Shown: positions 26,295 to 35,925 of the stretch, one piece after another
Layout: each line of letters opens with the position of its first letter
Position numbering within the stretch: position 1 is the stretch's first letter
Source of the DNA: a virus
Taxonomy: Duplodnaviria; Heunggongvirae; Uroviricota; Caudoviricetes
IMG/VR virus record: IMGVR_UViG_2529293060_000014
Length of the DNA: 41,046 bases
Direction: 5' to 3' (one strand)
Program-made: the position numbers and the translations under genes
The notes under the pieces: generated by a model
Seen by the model: the letters and a program-made list of their open reading frames with translations, nothing else
The model's database searches: none
Told to the model about the DNA's origin: nothing

Positions 26295-28709
26295 TTAATA
26301 CAGGTTCCGCCACTGATCATCTTCCTGCAAACGCTGGTTCCGATAGAAGATACGCAGGCCTGCTCCTGACGGAATACTGCCTCCGCGAAGGAGTAAATCG
26401 ACCTCTTTCTCGCTGCCATCAAATCCTCTGGACTTCAGCTCATACACGAGCTGCAGTCGCTGATGGTCTGTAATTCGCTGTTTGTAGTCTTTACGCCGTT
26501 TCGGTTTCACCAGGCGTAACCTTGCTGCCAGTTCCCGGCGCTCTTTTTTGCTCATACTGTGCAGGTAATCGTGCAACTCCTTGTCATCCATGCGGGTAAT
26601 GTCCGTCCTGGTATCCCCATCAGCTGATTTATCTTTCCCTTGTTGGTTCAAATTTTCAGCAAGGGGACAGTTATTGCCACGAGTCCAAGGGGCGCAAGCG
26701 CCCTGGTCGGCTGCCGCCTCCTGAACGTCAACGGCTTTACGAACCATTTTCCACTTCACTGCATGAGTGCAGATCTTGCCCTCTGCAATGGGTGACCAGA
26801 TGCCATAAATACGAATACCGTGATCGCCATAGGCGGTCGGCTCTTCGTTGATTTCATAAGCGGTTCTGATGAGGTGATATTTACGGGGAACCAGTACGCC
26901 GCCCTGCTTCATGATGTAGGTGGCAAAGCAACCAGCATCAGCTGCAGCCAGAATGGCATCAAGGCGCGGGTTATCCAGTACCGGCGCACCTGCTTTTTTG
27001 TCACCCTGTTGCCTTGCCGCCTGACCAGCCAGCAATCGCAGTTCACGGTAAGCCTGACGCCCCGGAATGCCAAAGAAGCGGAATTGCTGAACACGATGCA
27101 GAGACGCCCAGGCATTAACGTATTCAGCGTTATTACGCAGAGATTTACCCGTTTCCTTGCTGATCTCGCCAGCCAGACCACGCCCGTCAATGTTCTTACT
27201 GATATATTTCGCGATGTAGCTTGTCGGCGTTCCTTTGCGCGGGTTAATCAACTCAGACTTAAAGCGCGGCCCAGTGTTATTGCCCAGCTCCTCGCGGTCT
27301 TCACGGATGGCAAACTTACGCAGTAATGCAGTGATGGCGCGGCGATCTTTTTTGCGCATAAAACACAACAGGTGCCAGTGAACTGTACCGTCATGATGCG
27401 GCTCAGCCACCCGCACGCCATACCAGCGCAATCCGGCTTTGTGCATCGCCTTACGAAATGCAGCAAACATGCCGACCAGATAGTCGCTGCTTTGTCTTAC
27501 CGTCGAGTTTGTCCAGGTCGGGTTGGGTCTGCCGTTATTGAGCGTGGAATGGAAACGCGACGGACAGGTGATAGTGTAGAAAACGGCGCAGTCACCGCGC
27601 ATTTCCGCGATAAGCTCCAGACCTTTAACACAGGCCATCATCTCATTGCGGCGATGCGCCGGGTTGCTGCTGCTGGCGTTTACCACATCTTCCATATCCA
27701 GCGTGTCGCCGTCTTCGTTCACCAGTTCATGAGAACGGAAAAACTCCAGCGACTTACGGCGCTGCTCACGTTTATGCATCACGGCTTCATAGCTGACATA
27801 GGGGGATGCTTTTTTGCTGACCAGGCAGACAGCACGCAACTGCTCTTCCCGCCATTCGCAACGCATCTTCCATAATTTCCGATACCACCAGTCGGCACAC
27901 AACATACGCGCCAGCGAACCCGGAATGAGTTCATAGGGCACGGGTTTACGGCGGTTTCTTTTCCGACGGAGTTGCTCAAACGCAGGCGGAATAACATCCA
28001 GACGCAGGGTTTCCGCTGCCACCTTTTCCCATGTTTTGCGGATTTCTTCTGGCTTAACGTCATCGGTGGCATACAAATCACCACAAGCGGCATCAAGGCA
28101 CATGCTCATATGCGCAGCGACAAGGGTGGACAGGCGCTTCACCTGATCCTGACTCATTTCAGGCAGGATAAGCAGGCCATCCAGCCCTTCATGGCTTGCC
28201 ATAAAGCGAAAAGAAGTGGATAGCTGACAGTCGCGGACATGCTCCAGTCGTTCCAGACATGGCTTAATCGTCTCACGCAAATAGCGGGAATAAGCCTTTG
28301 GCCTGCCCAGGCTGCTGAAATATTCAATACGTTGCATCAGCGGCTTGCTGATATGGGAAGGCTGGGCGTTGACGTCAGCCAGAATGACCATGTCCGGATT
28401 AAAACGCTGCTGCTCATGCGCCAGCTTTGCCCGGCTAATGAGCTTATCCTGCTCCATTTCGCGCTGGACAGGATCACGGGATTCATTAAAGAAATAACGC
28501 TCCCAGACCTGATCACTCAGTGCCTCGCGGCGCAGTTGTTCCTGCTCGTTATCGGCAGCGTACAGAGTGATCAGGTTTGAAAGTGCAGAAACCGGCGCAA
28601 CTTCCGCCGGGTCCAGATAAGGGTTAATGGCCTTTTTTGGGCTGTTCCATGAGAATGCTGCGGCGACCTCGTTAAAGCCGCTGCAGTTGTTCATATCAGC
28701 ATGGCTCAT
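26295..28709 (-). CDS. A: replication initiation endonuclease A (rolling-circle initiator)
   Basis: Track ORF of 813 aa; start set at MSHADMNNC because its ATG overlaps the dam stop (ATGA); size and position match P2/186 gene A. Confidence 0.85.
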   Translation of the reverse strand: MSHADMNNCSGFNEVAAAFSWNSPKKAINPYLDPAEVAPVSALSNLITLYAADNEQEQLRREALSDQVWERYFFNESRDPVQREMEQDKLISRAKLAHEQQRFNPDMVILADVNAQPSHISKPLMQRIEYFSSLGRPKAYSRYLRETIKPCLERLEHVRDCQLSTSFRFMASHEGLDGLLILPEMSQDQVKRLSTLVAAHMSMCLDAACGDLYATDDVKPEEIRKTWEKVAAETLRLDVIPPAFEQLRRKRNRRKPVPYELIPGSLARMLCADWWYRKLWKMRCEWREEQLRAVCLVSKKASPYVSYEAVMHKREQRRKSLEFFRSHELVNEDGDTLDMEDVVNASSSNPAHRRNEMMACVKGLELIAEMRGDCAVFYTITCPSRFHSTLNNGRPNPTWTNSTVRQSSDYLVGMFAAFRKAMHKAGLRWYGVRVAEPHHDGTVHWHLLCFMRKKDRRAITALLRKFAIREDREELGNNTGPRFKSELINPRKGTPTSYIAKYISKNIDGRGLAGEISKETGKSLRNNAEYVNAWASLHRVQQFRFFGIPGRQAYRELRLLAGQAARQQGDKKAGAPVLDNPRLDAILAAADAGCFATYIMKQGGVLVPRKYHLIRTAYEINEEPTAYGDHGIRIYGIWSPIAEGKICTHAVKWKMVRKAVDVQEAAADQGACAPWTRGNNCPLAENLNQQGKDKSADGDTRTDITRMDDKELHDYLHSMSKKERRELAARLRLVKPKRRKDYKQRITDHQRLQLVYELKSRGFDGSEKEVDLLLRGGSIPSGAGLRIFYRNQRLQEDDQWRNLY

Positions 28710-29563
28710 GCACGCACTCCGTACACGGCGGAACAATCCACGCCACGCGAAGGATCAAATCCTATCCAGCAGCGCGGCCCGGCAACAGCAATGATTTCTG
28801 TTGCAGATTTACTCTCACCAGCTGCCACGCCGATGCTGCGTTTTGCCTTGATGTAGTGGTGAGTAAAATTGCGATACAGCGAACGGATCAGGGATGTGTC
28901 ACTGTTAGAAATAATGACCGGATATCCTTCTGATGACCGATGTTCAAGAACGGATGCCAGGTGATACTGGTCATCTTCAGTGAAACCATCAGTGTGATAG
29001 CCGGAAAACGTACCGTCATAAGGCGGATCGCAATACACCACATCCCCCGCGTGCAACATCGCCAGCGTTTCATCGAAGCTGGCGCAGATAAACGTTGCCC
29101 GCTGGGCTTTTACTGCAAATGCACGAATTTCTTTTTCAGGAAAATACGGATTTTTATAATTACCGTAGGGAATGTTGAAATGCCCGCTCTTGTTATAGCG
29201 ACATAAACCACGGTAACCGTGACGATTGAGATACAGGAAATATATCGCTTTCATGAAATCAGTAATTTCAGTTGAGTAATTAAACTCCTGCCTTATGTTG
29301 TAATAATCCATCTCCCTGTTTGCGTTCTCAAATAAAACTCTGGCGCGAGATATAAACGATTCACAATCAGCGGCAACCTTTTTATAGAGGTTGATTAAAT
29401 CAGGATTAATATCCGCAACCAGATAGCTGGGATAATCCGTCTCCATCATCACAGCACAGGAACCCGCGAAAGGTTCAACCAGTCGCGGGCCAGCAGGAAG
29501 ATGTTTTTTCAGTTCGGACATTATGGCAGTTTTATTTCCCGCCCATTTCAGGATGGTGCTCAT
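28706..29563 (-). CDS. dam: DNA adenine methyltransferase (Dam, GATC-specific family)
   Basis: Start at [11 protein letters not shown] (ATGA overlap with upstream stop); colinear with E. coli Dam: LKWAGGK, EPFxGxG SAM motif, LYLNR.GY.GLCRYN, DPPY catalytic motif. Confidence 0.9.
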   Translation of the reverse strand: MSTILKWAGNKTAIMSELKKHLPAGPRLVEPFAGSCAVMMETDYPSYLVADINPDLINLYKKVAADCESFISRARVLFENANREMDYYNIRQEFNYSTEITDFMKAIYFLYLNRHGYRGLCRYNKSGHFNIPYGNYKNPYFPEKEIRAFAVKAQRATFICASFDETLAMLHAGDVVYCDPPYDGTFSGYHTDGFTEDDQYHLASVLEHRSSEGYPVIISNSDTSLIRSLYRNFTHHYIKAKRSIGVAAGESKSATEIIAVAGPRCWIGFDPSRGVDCSAVYGVRA

Positions 29564-29787
29564 ACAGCACCTCCGTTGTAATGTTTGCCTTTCAGCTCTG
29601 CGATTTCCTGACAGGTAATGCAAAGCTGCACACCCGGAATGGCACGGCGGCGTGCTGGCGGAATTGGCGCTTCACACTCAATGCAAAGCACGCGGGACAC
29701 GCCCGGCGTTTTGGCACGGGCAGCACGGATATGGCGTTGGCGTTCTTCTTCAACGCGCTGCTGTACGAGATCCATTGCATCAGCCAT
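29560..29787 (-). CDS. TraR/DksA-family C4 zinc-finger protein
   Basis: 75 aa with CIEC...CITC. Confidence 0.7.
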   Translation of the reverse strand: MADAMDLVQQRVEEERQRHIRAARAKTPGVSRVLCIECEAPIPPARRRAIPGVQLCITCQEIAELKGKHYNGGAV

Positions 29788-30026
29788 TAGTGGATCTCCT
29801 GCGCTTCGTTCTGGATTGCTTCAGCAGTCACACGAAGCAGTTCTGCCGCTTCCACGTGGTTTAGCTGGCGGGATGAGATATGAAACGCCAGGCTATCAAG
29901 GCGAGCTGCCATTGCTTCAGCCCTTGCCCGGCGTTCTTCCAGACGAGCCTCTGTCAGTAAAATATTAAGCCCTGCGTCAGCCGGTCCGGTTTTGGTCGAG
30001 AGGGTTTCAATATTACGCATAATCAA
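29787..30026 (-). CDS. hypothetical early-region protein
   Basis: 79 aa; start/stop contiguous with neighbours in the early operon. Confidence 0.5.
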   Translation of the reverse strand: MIMRNIETLSTKTGPADAGLNILLTEARLEERRARAEAMAARLDSLAFHISSRQLNHVEAAELLRVTAEAIQNEAQEIH

Positions 30027-30087
30027 TTCTCCTGAATTTAGATAAAGGGATGCCCGGCGGGTTTACGCCATTAATTTCATTAGTTGG

Positions 30088-30429
30088 TTAATTCGGCATG
30101 GTTAGCCGTCTGGGAAATAAGCTCACCACTGCACGAAAATGATTCATTGCTTTAATCAACTCCCGCTTTTCGTCAGTGGTCAGCTCATTAATGCTGATGC
30201 TATGACGTTCAGCTGGAATTTTTGCCATAAAGAATATGGCAGCCAGTGCCCGTTTATTTTGTTCGCTATTAATATCGCGTGGATCACGCATATCTTTAAT
30301 AAACCGTTCAAGCTCTGACTCAATATTCAGACCAAAAACTTTCGCCCTTAACTCCGCAATGTGATTAAGTCCATTCAGGCGTTCACCGGGGCCTAATGGA
30401 ACAGTCGCCGCAGCGCCATTAATTGCCAT
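30088..30429 (-). CDS. hypothetical early-region protein
   Basis: 113-aa ORF in the operon downstream of cII. Confidence 0.5.
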   Translation of the reverse strand: MAINGAAATVPLGPGERLNGLNHIAELRAKVFGLNIESELERFIKDMRDPRDINSEQNKRALAAIFFMAKIPAERHSISINELTTDEKRELIKAMNHFRAVVSLFPRRLTMPN

Positions 30430-30451
30430 AATTCATATTCCCAAAACGCAA

Positions 30452-30676
30452 CTATCGCTCTTTGTTCTTACGGTAACGCTCAAGAGGAGATATATTTTTT
30501 CGTATCATCTCTTTAACCTGCTCTCCCCGTAAAAACGTCCCATCCTTTAGCGTGAAAAAGTAACTGCCATCGCCCGACAACGACGGATAACAACAGAGCA
30601 AATCATCTTCAGATACTGAATAACTCTCCCCTCTGTAACGAAACTGATAAACCACTTCACTTTCCGCTGCATACAT
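30452..30676 (-). CDS. hypothetical early-region protein
   Basis: 74 aa with GGAG SD about 8 nt upstream of ATG; overlaps the frame of the preceding ORF. Confidence 0.45.
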   Translation of the reverse strand: MYAAESEVVYQFRYRGESYSVSEDDLLCCYPSLSGDGSYFFTLKDGTFLRGEQVKEMIRKNISPLERYRKNKER

Positions 30677-30843
30677 TTTGACTTTCTCCGTTTCCCCGTG
30701 GTCAATTCAGACAGCAATTCATCTTGTGAACGGCACGGATGCCAGCGTTTACCATCCTCACCCATGATCCAGCCGTGACCGTAGTGCATTGCCGGGCTTT
30801 GTTTTACCAGCAGCGATGCAAATGATGGTTCTTTCGTCAGCAT
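30547..30843 (-). CDS. hypothetical early-region protein (possibly the Fil/Dhr position of 186)
   Basis: Track ORF 30547-30873; likely start MLTKEPSF 8 bp after the cII stop; 3' part overlaps the next ORF in another frame, so the extent is uncertain. Confidence 0.4.
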   Translation of the reverse strand: MLTKEPSFASLLVKQSPAMHYGHGWIMGEDGKRWHPCRSQDELLSELTTGKRRKSKCMQRKVKWFISFVTEGRVIQYLKMICSVVIRRCRAMAVTFSR

Positions 30844-30850
30844 AAGCACC

Positions 30851-31360
30851 TCACAGCAAACCGAATGAAGCACCGAGGCCAGTCACGGTATCAACTGCAC
30901 TCGCCATCGCAGGATTAGCCTGTAAACGGGCCTGCAATGAAACAGCAGCCAGCGCCATCAGTCGTGTTACAGAGTTAATGCTGCTGATAGCATCACGACG
31001 ACCTGCACTGGTTTTTACATCGCCAGATACCGCACCTGCAGCAACACGCCCGATCTCTGCGGTTGCACTCATGACGTAATGTGGCAGTTTCTCTTTTGCC
31101 ACCTCATTAATCGGTACACATGGCAGACAATGAATCTGTGCCAGAAAACCATCTATCAGCGTTGAGTCTTCTGTCAGATCGGTAAGCAGCCAGATTTCTG
31201 GCGCATTGAGCTGATGCGGTTGATCTGGGTTGAGTTTGTTTCGCAGTGTCTGAACATTCATTCCTGCACGTTCTGCCAGCTTCGCCATATTGTGACGTAG
31301 TGCAAAAGCTCTACAGGCTTCATCAAAATACGGATGTTTGGAAATCTTGTAATCAAACAT
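30851..31360 (-). CDS. cII: CII-like lysogeny establishment activator (186 CII family)
   Basis: 169 aa, the size of 186 CII, and similar to it as recalled (…RHNMAKLAERAGMNVQTLRNKLNP…LLTDLTEDSTL.DGFLAQIHCLPCVP…); position after apl. Confidence 0.75.
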   Translation of the reverse strand: MFDYKISKHPYFDEACRAFALRHNMAKLAERAGMNVQTLRNKLNPDQPHQLNAPEIWLLTDLTEDSTLIDGFLAQIHCLPCVPINEVAKEKLPHYVMSATAEIGRVAAGAVSGDVKTSAGRRDAISSINSVTRLMALAAVSLQARLQANPAMASAVDTVTGLGASFGLL

Positions 31361-31392
31361 GCTGCCCCCTTAGAAAGTTCCCATAATTGAAC

Positions 31393-31635
31393 TTACTTAC
31401 CAACAATGACGCGGAAGTTGGAATGTCCGAGGGATTCACGGACCTGATCAGTTTTGTACATCAGATAACGCAGACTTACGCGGCCTTTGTTTTTTTCTTT
31501 CTTGACCATGTACTTAGCAAGTTGACCATGGTGAATTTTTTGGTAAACAGAGCCGCGGGAAATGCCCTCCCACTCTGCGAACTCAGCAGGTGTTGCCATC
31601 TCTTTTGGTACACGAATTGAAATATCAGTACTCAT
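31393..31635 (-). CDS. apl: Apl/Cox-like excisionase and lysogenic-promoter repressor
   Basis: 80 aa with helix-turn-helix (ATPAEFAEWEGISRGSVYQKI); first gene of the lytic operon facing cI. Confidence 0.6.
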   Translation of the reverse strand: MSTDISIRVPKEMATPAEFAEWEGISRGSVYQKIHHGQLAKYMVKKEKNKGRVSLRYLMYKTDQVRESLGHSNFRVIVGK

Positions 31636-31681
31636 AGTGCAGTATCTCTTACTTTGTGTGCGTGTTAGTTCGTTTTAGCCC

Positions 31682-31737
31682 GTCTCTTAAACTCTCACAT
31701 CAAGAGACAAGAAAACATTACGATCTTGATTCAAGAT
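31682..31737. promoter_or_regulatory. pR/pL switch region with candidate operator palindromes
   Basis: GTCTCTT...AAGAGAC inverted repeat (31682-31709) and 15-bp palindrome ATCTTGATTCAAGAT (31723-31737) between the divergent apl and cI genes. Confidence 0.5.
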
Positions 31738-31756
31738 TGTCAAATGGAGATTACCA

Positions 31757-32389
31757 ATGTTAAACATCAGAATGGGTTCCGATACGGGAGGTAAAGCAGC
31801 TATTGAGAGGCTGCTTGCGGCTTATGGATTCACAACTAAGCAGGCATTAAGTGAGCACCTGAATGTCTCAAAAAGCACTATGGCAAACAGAGTGTTACGT
31901 GACAGCTTTCCTGCTGACTGGATAATTCAGTGCGCACTAGAAACCGGTGTTTCGTTGCTTTGGTTAGCTACAGGACAGGGAAGCATGAAAGCAGGATCTG
32001 AGACTGAAAAAAGATCTCACAATGAGAACAAACAAGCAATTAAACCGTTATCTAAACTCATAACTCCATCTATTCCTAAAGGAACCTTGGAGAATGGACA
32101 ACTCAGTATTGATGAAGAGATTTTCCTAGACCACAGCATATTACCTGCAAATTATGAAGAATCGATGTTCTTAGAAACCCCTACTGATTGTTATCTCATC
32201 GATAAATCAGTTAAACAAGTCAGCAATGGATTCTGGCTTATCAATATTGATGGAATGATTATTATTGCAAAAATTATGCGGATTCCCGGCAATAAGATTG
32301 TAGTAAATCAAGATGAAGCGTCTTTCGAGTGCTCTGCTGATGATGTGGAAGTTATTGGGCGTGCAGTCAAAGTAATAAAGAGTATCTAA
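31757..32389 (+). CDS. cI: CI immunity repressor (186 CI family)
   Basis: 210 aa; N-terminal HTH; ...CALETG..L.WL.TG.G motif and C-terminal domain resembling 186 CI as recalled. Confidence 0.8.
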   Translation: MLNIRMGSDTGGKAAIERLLAAYGFTTKQALSEHLNVSKSTMANRVLRDSFPADWIIQCALETGVSLLWLATGQGSMKAGSETEKRSHNENKQAIKPLSKLITPSIPKGTLENGQLSIDEEIFLDHSILPANYEESMFLETPTDCYLIDKSVKQVSNGFWLINIDGMIIIAKIMRIPGNKIVVNQDEASFECSADDVEVIGRAVKVIKSI

Positions 32390-32391
32390 AC

Positions 32392-33408
32392 ATGACTGTC
32401 AGAAAACAGCCAAACGGCAAATGGTTGTGTGAGTGCTATCCCAATGGACGCAATGGCAAGCGCGTGCGTAAGCAATTTGCTACGAAAGGAGAAGCCATTG
32501 CTTTTGAAAGCTTCACAATGGAAGAAGTGAATAAAAAACCGTGGCTAGGTGAAAAGGATGATCGGCGACGCCTATCAGAATTAATTGAGCTTTGGTATTC
32601 CCTGTATGGCCAGACACTCGCAGACCCCAAGCGCCTCATGGCGAAACTTAGAATTATCTGTAATGGTCTAGGCGACCCCATCGCCTCAGAACTGACAGCC
32701 GGTGACTTTACAAAATACCGCGAAGCACGGTTAAAAGGCGACGTTCGTAACGAAGACGGCACACTAATGTCGCCAGTAAAACCACGCACGGTGAATCTTG
32801 AGCAACGTAACCTATCATCGGTTTTCGGCACATTGAAAAAACTAGGCCACTGGTCAGCACCAAATCCTCTCGCCGGGCTGCCAACATTTAAAATCGCTGA
32901 GGGGGAACTGGCGTTCCTGACCTCGGAAGAAATTAAACGTCTGCTAGATGCCTGCGCTGATTCTCAAAACCCCAGTCTGCTTTTGATTGCAAAAATATGC
33001 CTGGCCACCGGCGCACGCTGGAGTGAAGCCGAAAACCTGCAGGGCCATCAGTTATCTAAATACCGCATCACTTATACCAAGACGAAGGGCAAGAAAAACC
33101 GCACCGTGCCGATATCTCAAGATCTGTATGACGAACTCCCCAAGAACAGAGGGAAGCTATTCACCCCGTGCAGAAAAGCCTTTGAACGGGCAGTAAAGCG
33201 AGCTGGCATCGAGCTGCCAGAGGGCCAATGCACTCACGTGCTACGTCATACATTCGCCAGTCATTTTATGATGAATGGCGGAAACATACTGGTCCTACGC
33301 GATATTCTGGGCCATGCCGATATAAAAATGACGATGATTTACGCCCACTTTTCGCCGGATCATCTTGAAGATGCAGTTACTAAAAACCCTTTATGCAACT
33401 TAAGATAG
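32392..33408 (+). CDS. int: tyrosine integrase (P2/186 type)
   Basis: 338 aa; C-terminal HVLRHTFASHFMMNGGNILVLRDILGHADIKMTMIYAHF (R-H-R-Y catalytic box); directly downstream of cI. Confidence 0.9.
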   Translation: MTVRKQPNGKWLCECYPNGRNGKRVRKQFATKGEAIAFESFTMEEVNKKPWLGEKDDRRRLSELIELWYSLYGQTLADPKRLMAKLRIICNGLGDPIASELTAGDFTKYREARLKGDVRNEDGTLMSPVKPRTVNLEQRNLSSVFGTLKKLGHWSAPNPLAGLPTFKIAEGELAFLTSEEIKRLLDACADSQNPSLLLIAKICLATGARWSEAENLQGHQLSKYRITYTKTKGKKNRTVPISQDLYDELPKNRGKLFTPCRKAFERAVKRAGIELPEGQCTHVLRHTFASHFMMNGGNILVLRDILGHADIKMTMIYAHFSPDHLEDAVTKNPLCNLR

Positions 33409-33786
33409 AGTAACTTATGAAAATAAACTCAAATTATTTACAAATATAATATTCAGCAGGTTATCCATTCTTATTTAACTCTTCAGACTGAGATTAGATT
33501 TTATTTATAGAATAAGATAATTTCATATCACAAAAAACCTGTAAGCCCTCATCTTTGTTGTATAAAAACATAAAAGACGCCATATTCAAAAAAGTCGAAA
33601 AGCATTGCAATGCAACATTAAAAATAAGCCAATAAAAACCAGTCATTAGAAAATGAAAAAAAACAAAAACATTTTTTATCAAAGCTTCAGTCTGACTACT
33701 AGTTTGACTCTGCAATTAACTATCAAGATGATCAATATTTATTGATCATCTTGAAGTTGCCCTCAGGAAAGATGAGTATAATATTT

Positions 33787-35523
33787 CTACTCAAGAAGAT
33801 ATTCTAACTCATCTTTTATCGGGATAACTTGCTCATAAAGTCGGTGATATGACTTCCCAATTGCGCCTCTGAATTGTATTAACTTTGGTGGCTTGTTACC
33901 TATATTAATAATATGGTCTTGAGCTATACCTGGGTAGGGATCAATAAATACAATTTCAGATATACCTAACTGATAAGCTTTTTTCGCACACAGCTCACAG
34001 GGACTGGCAGTTGTATATAACCTCCCCCCCTGAACGCCAATGCCACCATATTTTGCAAGTTGTAAAAATGCGTTTTCCTCAGCATGTAATGCACGTGTAT
34101 GAACTTGATTACCTTTTTTATCTTTATCAAGATCATTATGTATATCTTTAAAACAATAAGATAAGTTCCTGCCTCTATAAATATCACCAGTTTTATCTAT
34201 CGCCCTAAAATTTAATAGTTTCTCATTAGCTTTAATTCTGAAAGAACTATTATTTCTCTCATAATAACTGTACACTTTTTCATCAAAGTCGTTCATTAGG
34301 CCATCTAGCGATCTCATAGAGCAAGGAATCTGACCGTTGGCGACATCATTCCAACCCACTGATTTTATTGAATTTTCACCATCAGTTACTACAGCTCCCA
34401 CCTGTCTAGATATACAACCAGAGTTTAATTTTACCGTATACGCAACTTGCATAACCCTTTCCATTGCAGTAGGTGTTATCAGACCAGGATGCTTCATCAG
34501 TGCGATGTACCACGCTAATTGTGCTTTTAAAATATTGTCATTATCAAATTCATTTTTTGGGTTAAAAATGTGTATATCTGATAGTTCAATGCATTTAGTT
34601 ACATTTGGATTAGTGAGATGTTTGTAAGAGTTATCACCTTTACCTGACTCTACAGAATCTATTTCCTCTATCTGCTTTTCAGAAAACTTATGTAGTTTCC
34701 GCAAATAGTTTGTTCGATGTTCATCTGGGGCATTTATTGACATTAAATGAAATGCAGAATATCTATCCTTAAAAAATTTTGCTTCATATGGATTTCTAAT
34801 AGCATCTATGACAATTAATGCGTTATCTCTTTTGCTTTTTCTTATTAATTTAATAACCCTATTAATAGTTTCCGGCAAATGAAAAACAGATTTAGGTATA
34901 AACTCTTTATCTTCAAAATCGACTTCAATACGCCCACGGCGTCTAATTGACTTACCTGCTAACTGATAGACTGAAACATATAAATTTGAGTTTATCGCAT
35001 TTAGTTCAGCTTTGAATTCCTTAGTAAATTTTCTAACTAACCTCAAAATTGATATAAATTTATTAATCGTTTTTTCATTAAGCTTCAATTCACTATTATG
35101 ATCAAGCAAATTCTCAATTACATTTTTAAATCTTGTTAAAATGAGATTATCTGAAAATACACCAAAAGTTAATACATTATCTAAATGCTCTTTACTGATA
35201 GATTTATTAGATGATAGAATAAACTCAGAAGCTTCTTCAACTGTTAACATCAAAAGATACGCTGAGATTAGGTCACTCACCTTAATTGAGTAAAAATTTT
35301 CCCAGTGATTTTCTGCGAATTTTTTAACTATATTATAACGATGGACATCCAATCCCTTGTAAAAACCCTGTAATTTACTTACATCAGGGAAGACTGTTTT
35401 TTCGTTTTCAAGAATATTAGCTGTTGTTGTGCAACCAGAACCAGTTCGACCTGTCAAACCGACTAAAATAAACTGCCCATTTTCAAGGAAAAGCTCACTA
35501 ACGAATTTTTTTTCTTTCATCAC
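33787..35523 (-). CDS. P-loop NTPase/kinase + cytidine (dCMP/dCTP) deaminase fusion protein, AvcD / anti-phage dCTP-deaminase-like
   Basis: 578 aa; N-terminal Walker-A-like GLTGRTGSGCTTT (Cys in the usual Lys position); C-terminal zinc-deaminase signature HAEENA...SPCELCAKKA; about 30% GC, unlike the phage core. Confidence 0.6.
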   Translation of the reverse strand: MMKEKKFVSELFLENGQFILVGLTGRTGSGCTTTANILENEKTVFPDVSKLQGFYKGLDVHRYNIVKKFAENHWENFYSIKVSDLISAYLLMLTVEEASEFILSSNKSISKEHLDNVLTFGVFSDNLILTRFKNVIENLLDHNSELKLNEKTINKFISILRLVRKFTKEFKAELNAINSNLYVSVYQLAGKSIRRRGRIEVDFEDKEFIPKSVFHLPETINRVIKLIRKSKRDNALIVIDAIRNPYEAKFFKDRYSAFHLMSINAPDEHRTNYLRKLHKFSEKQIEEIDSVESGKGDNSYKHLTNPNVTKCIELSDIHIFNPKNEFDNDNILKAQLAWYIALMKHPGLITPTAMERVMQVAYTVKLNSGCISRQVGAVVTDGENSIKSVGWNDVANGQIPCSMRSLDGLMNDFDEKVYSYYERNNSSFRIKANEKLLNFRAIDKTGDIYRGRNLSYCFKDIHNDLDKDKKGNQVHTRALHAEENAFLQLAKYGGIGVQGGRLYTTASPCELCAKKAYQLGISEIVFIDPYPGIAQDHIINIGNKPPKLIQFRGAIGKSYHRLYEQVIPIKDELEYLLE

Positions 35524-35715
35524 GTCCCACTTATGAATGTAAGAATATTCAACATATTAATTATAATTTATTAACTCATTTTGTTCTAGATACTTGATGT
35601 AATGGCGGCACTTTGGCGACGGAGCATTAAAAACGCGTAAGACGAGCAAATACAACAAAACACTAACACATTGTTTTTAAATATAAATAGCTGTTTTTAC
35701 TATACTAAAAATGGT

Positions 35716-35760
35716 ATGTAGGAATTTCGGACGCGGGTTCAACTCCCGCCAGCTCCACCA
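35716..35760. repeat. attR core: second copy of the 45-bp ssrA 3' end
   Basis: Identical to 1016-1060; the upstream tmRNA body is absent, so this is a displaced 3' fragment. Confidence 0.85.
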
Positions 35761-35796
35761 CTTTTTAGTTGTTTGAAGTTCAATGAAGTCTACTAA

Positions 35797-35828
35797 GCCC
35801 ACACAGCACAAGCTCTGCGGGCTTTTTT
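35797..35828 (+). terminator. rho-independent terminator after the displaced ssrA 3' fragment
   Basis: GCCCACACAGC-ACAA-GCTCTGCGGGC hairpin followed by TTTTTT; probably the original chromosomal ssrA terminator. Confidence 0.55.
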
Positions 35829-35925
35829 ACGTCTATTGTCGTCCAGTGAGAATTGCTGAGAACTACGAGTTATGGCACCCTGAATGGGACCCACTAAGAA
35901 GGGTCCAAAAACCGAGGGTCCCAAA

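Noticed and set aside
33494-33715. 73-aa minus-strand ORF between int and the deaminase gene
   Set aside because: Located in a very AT-rich intergenic stretch, hydrophobic low-complexity product, no SD; probably non-coding.
35716-35760. Possible second tmRNA or tRNA gene
   Set aside because: Only the 3' 45 bp of ssrA is duplicated; the tmRNA body is absent, so this is an att-site remnant.
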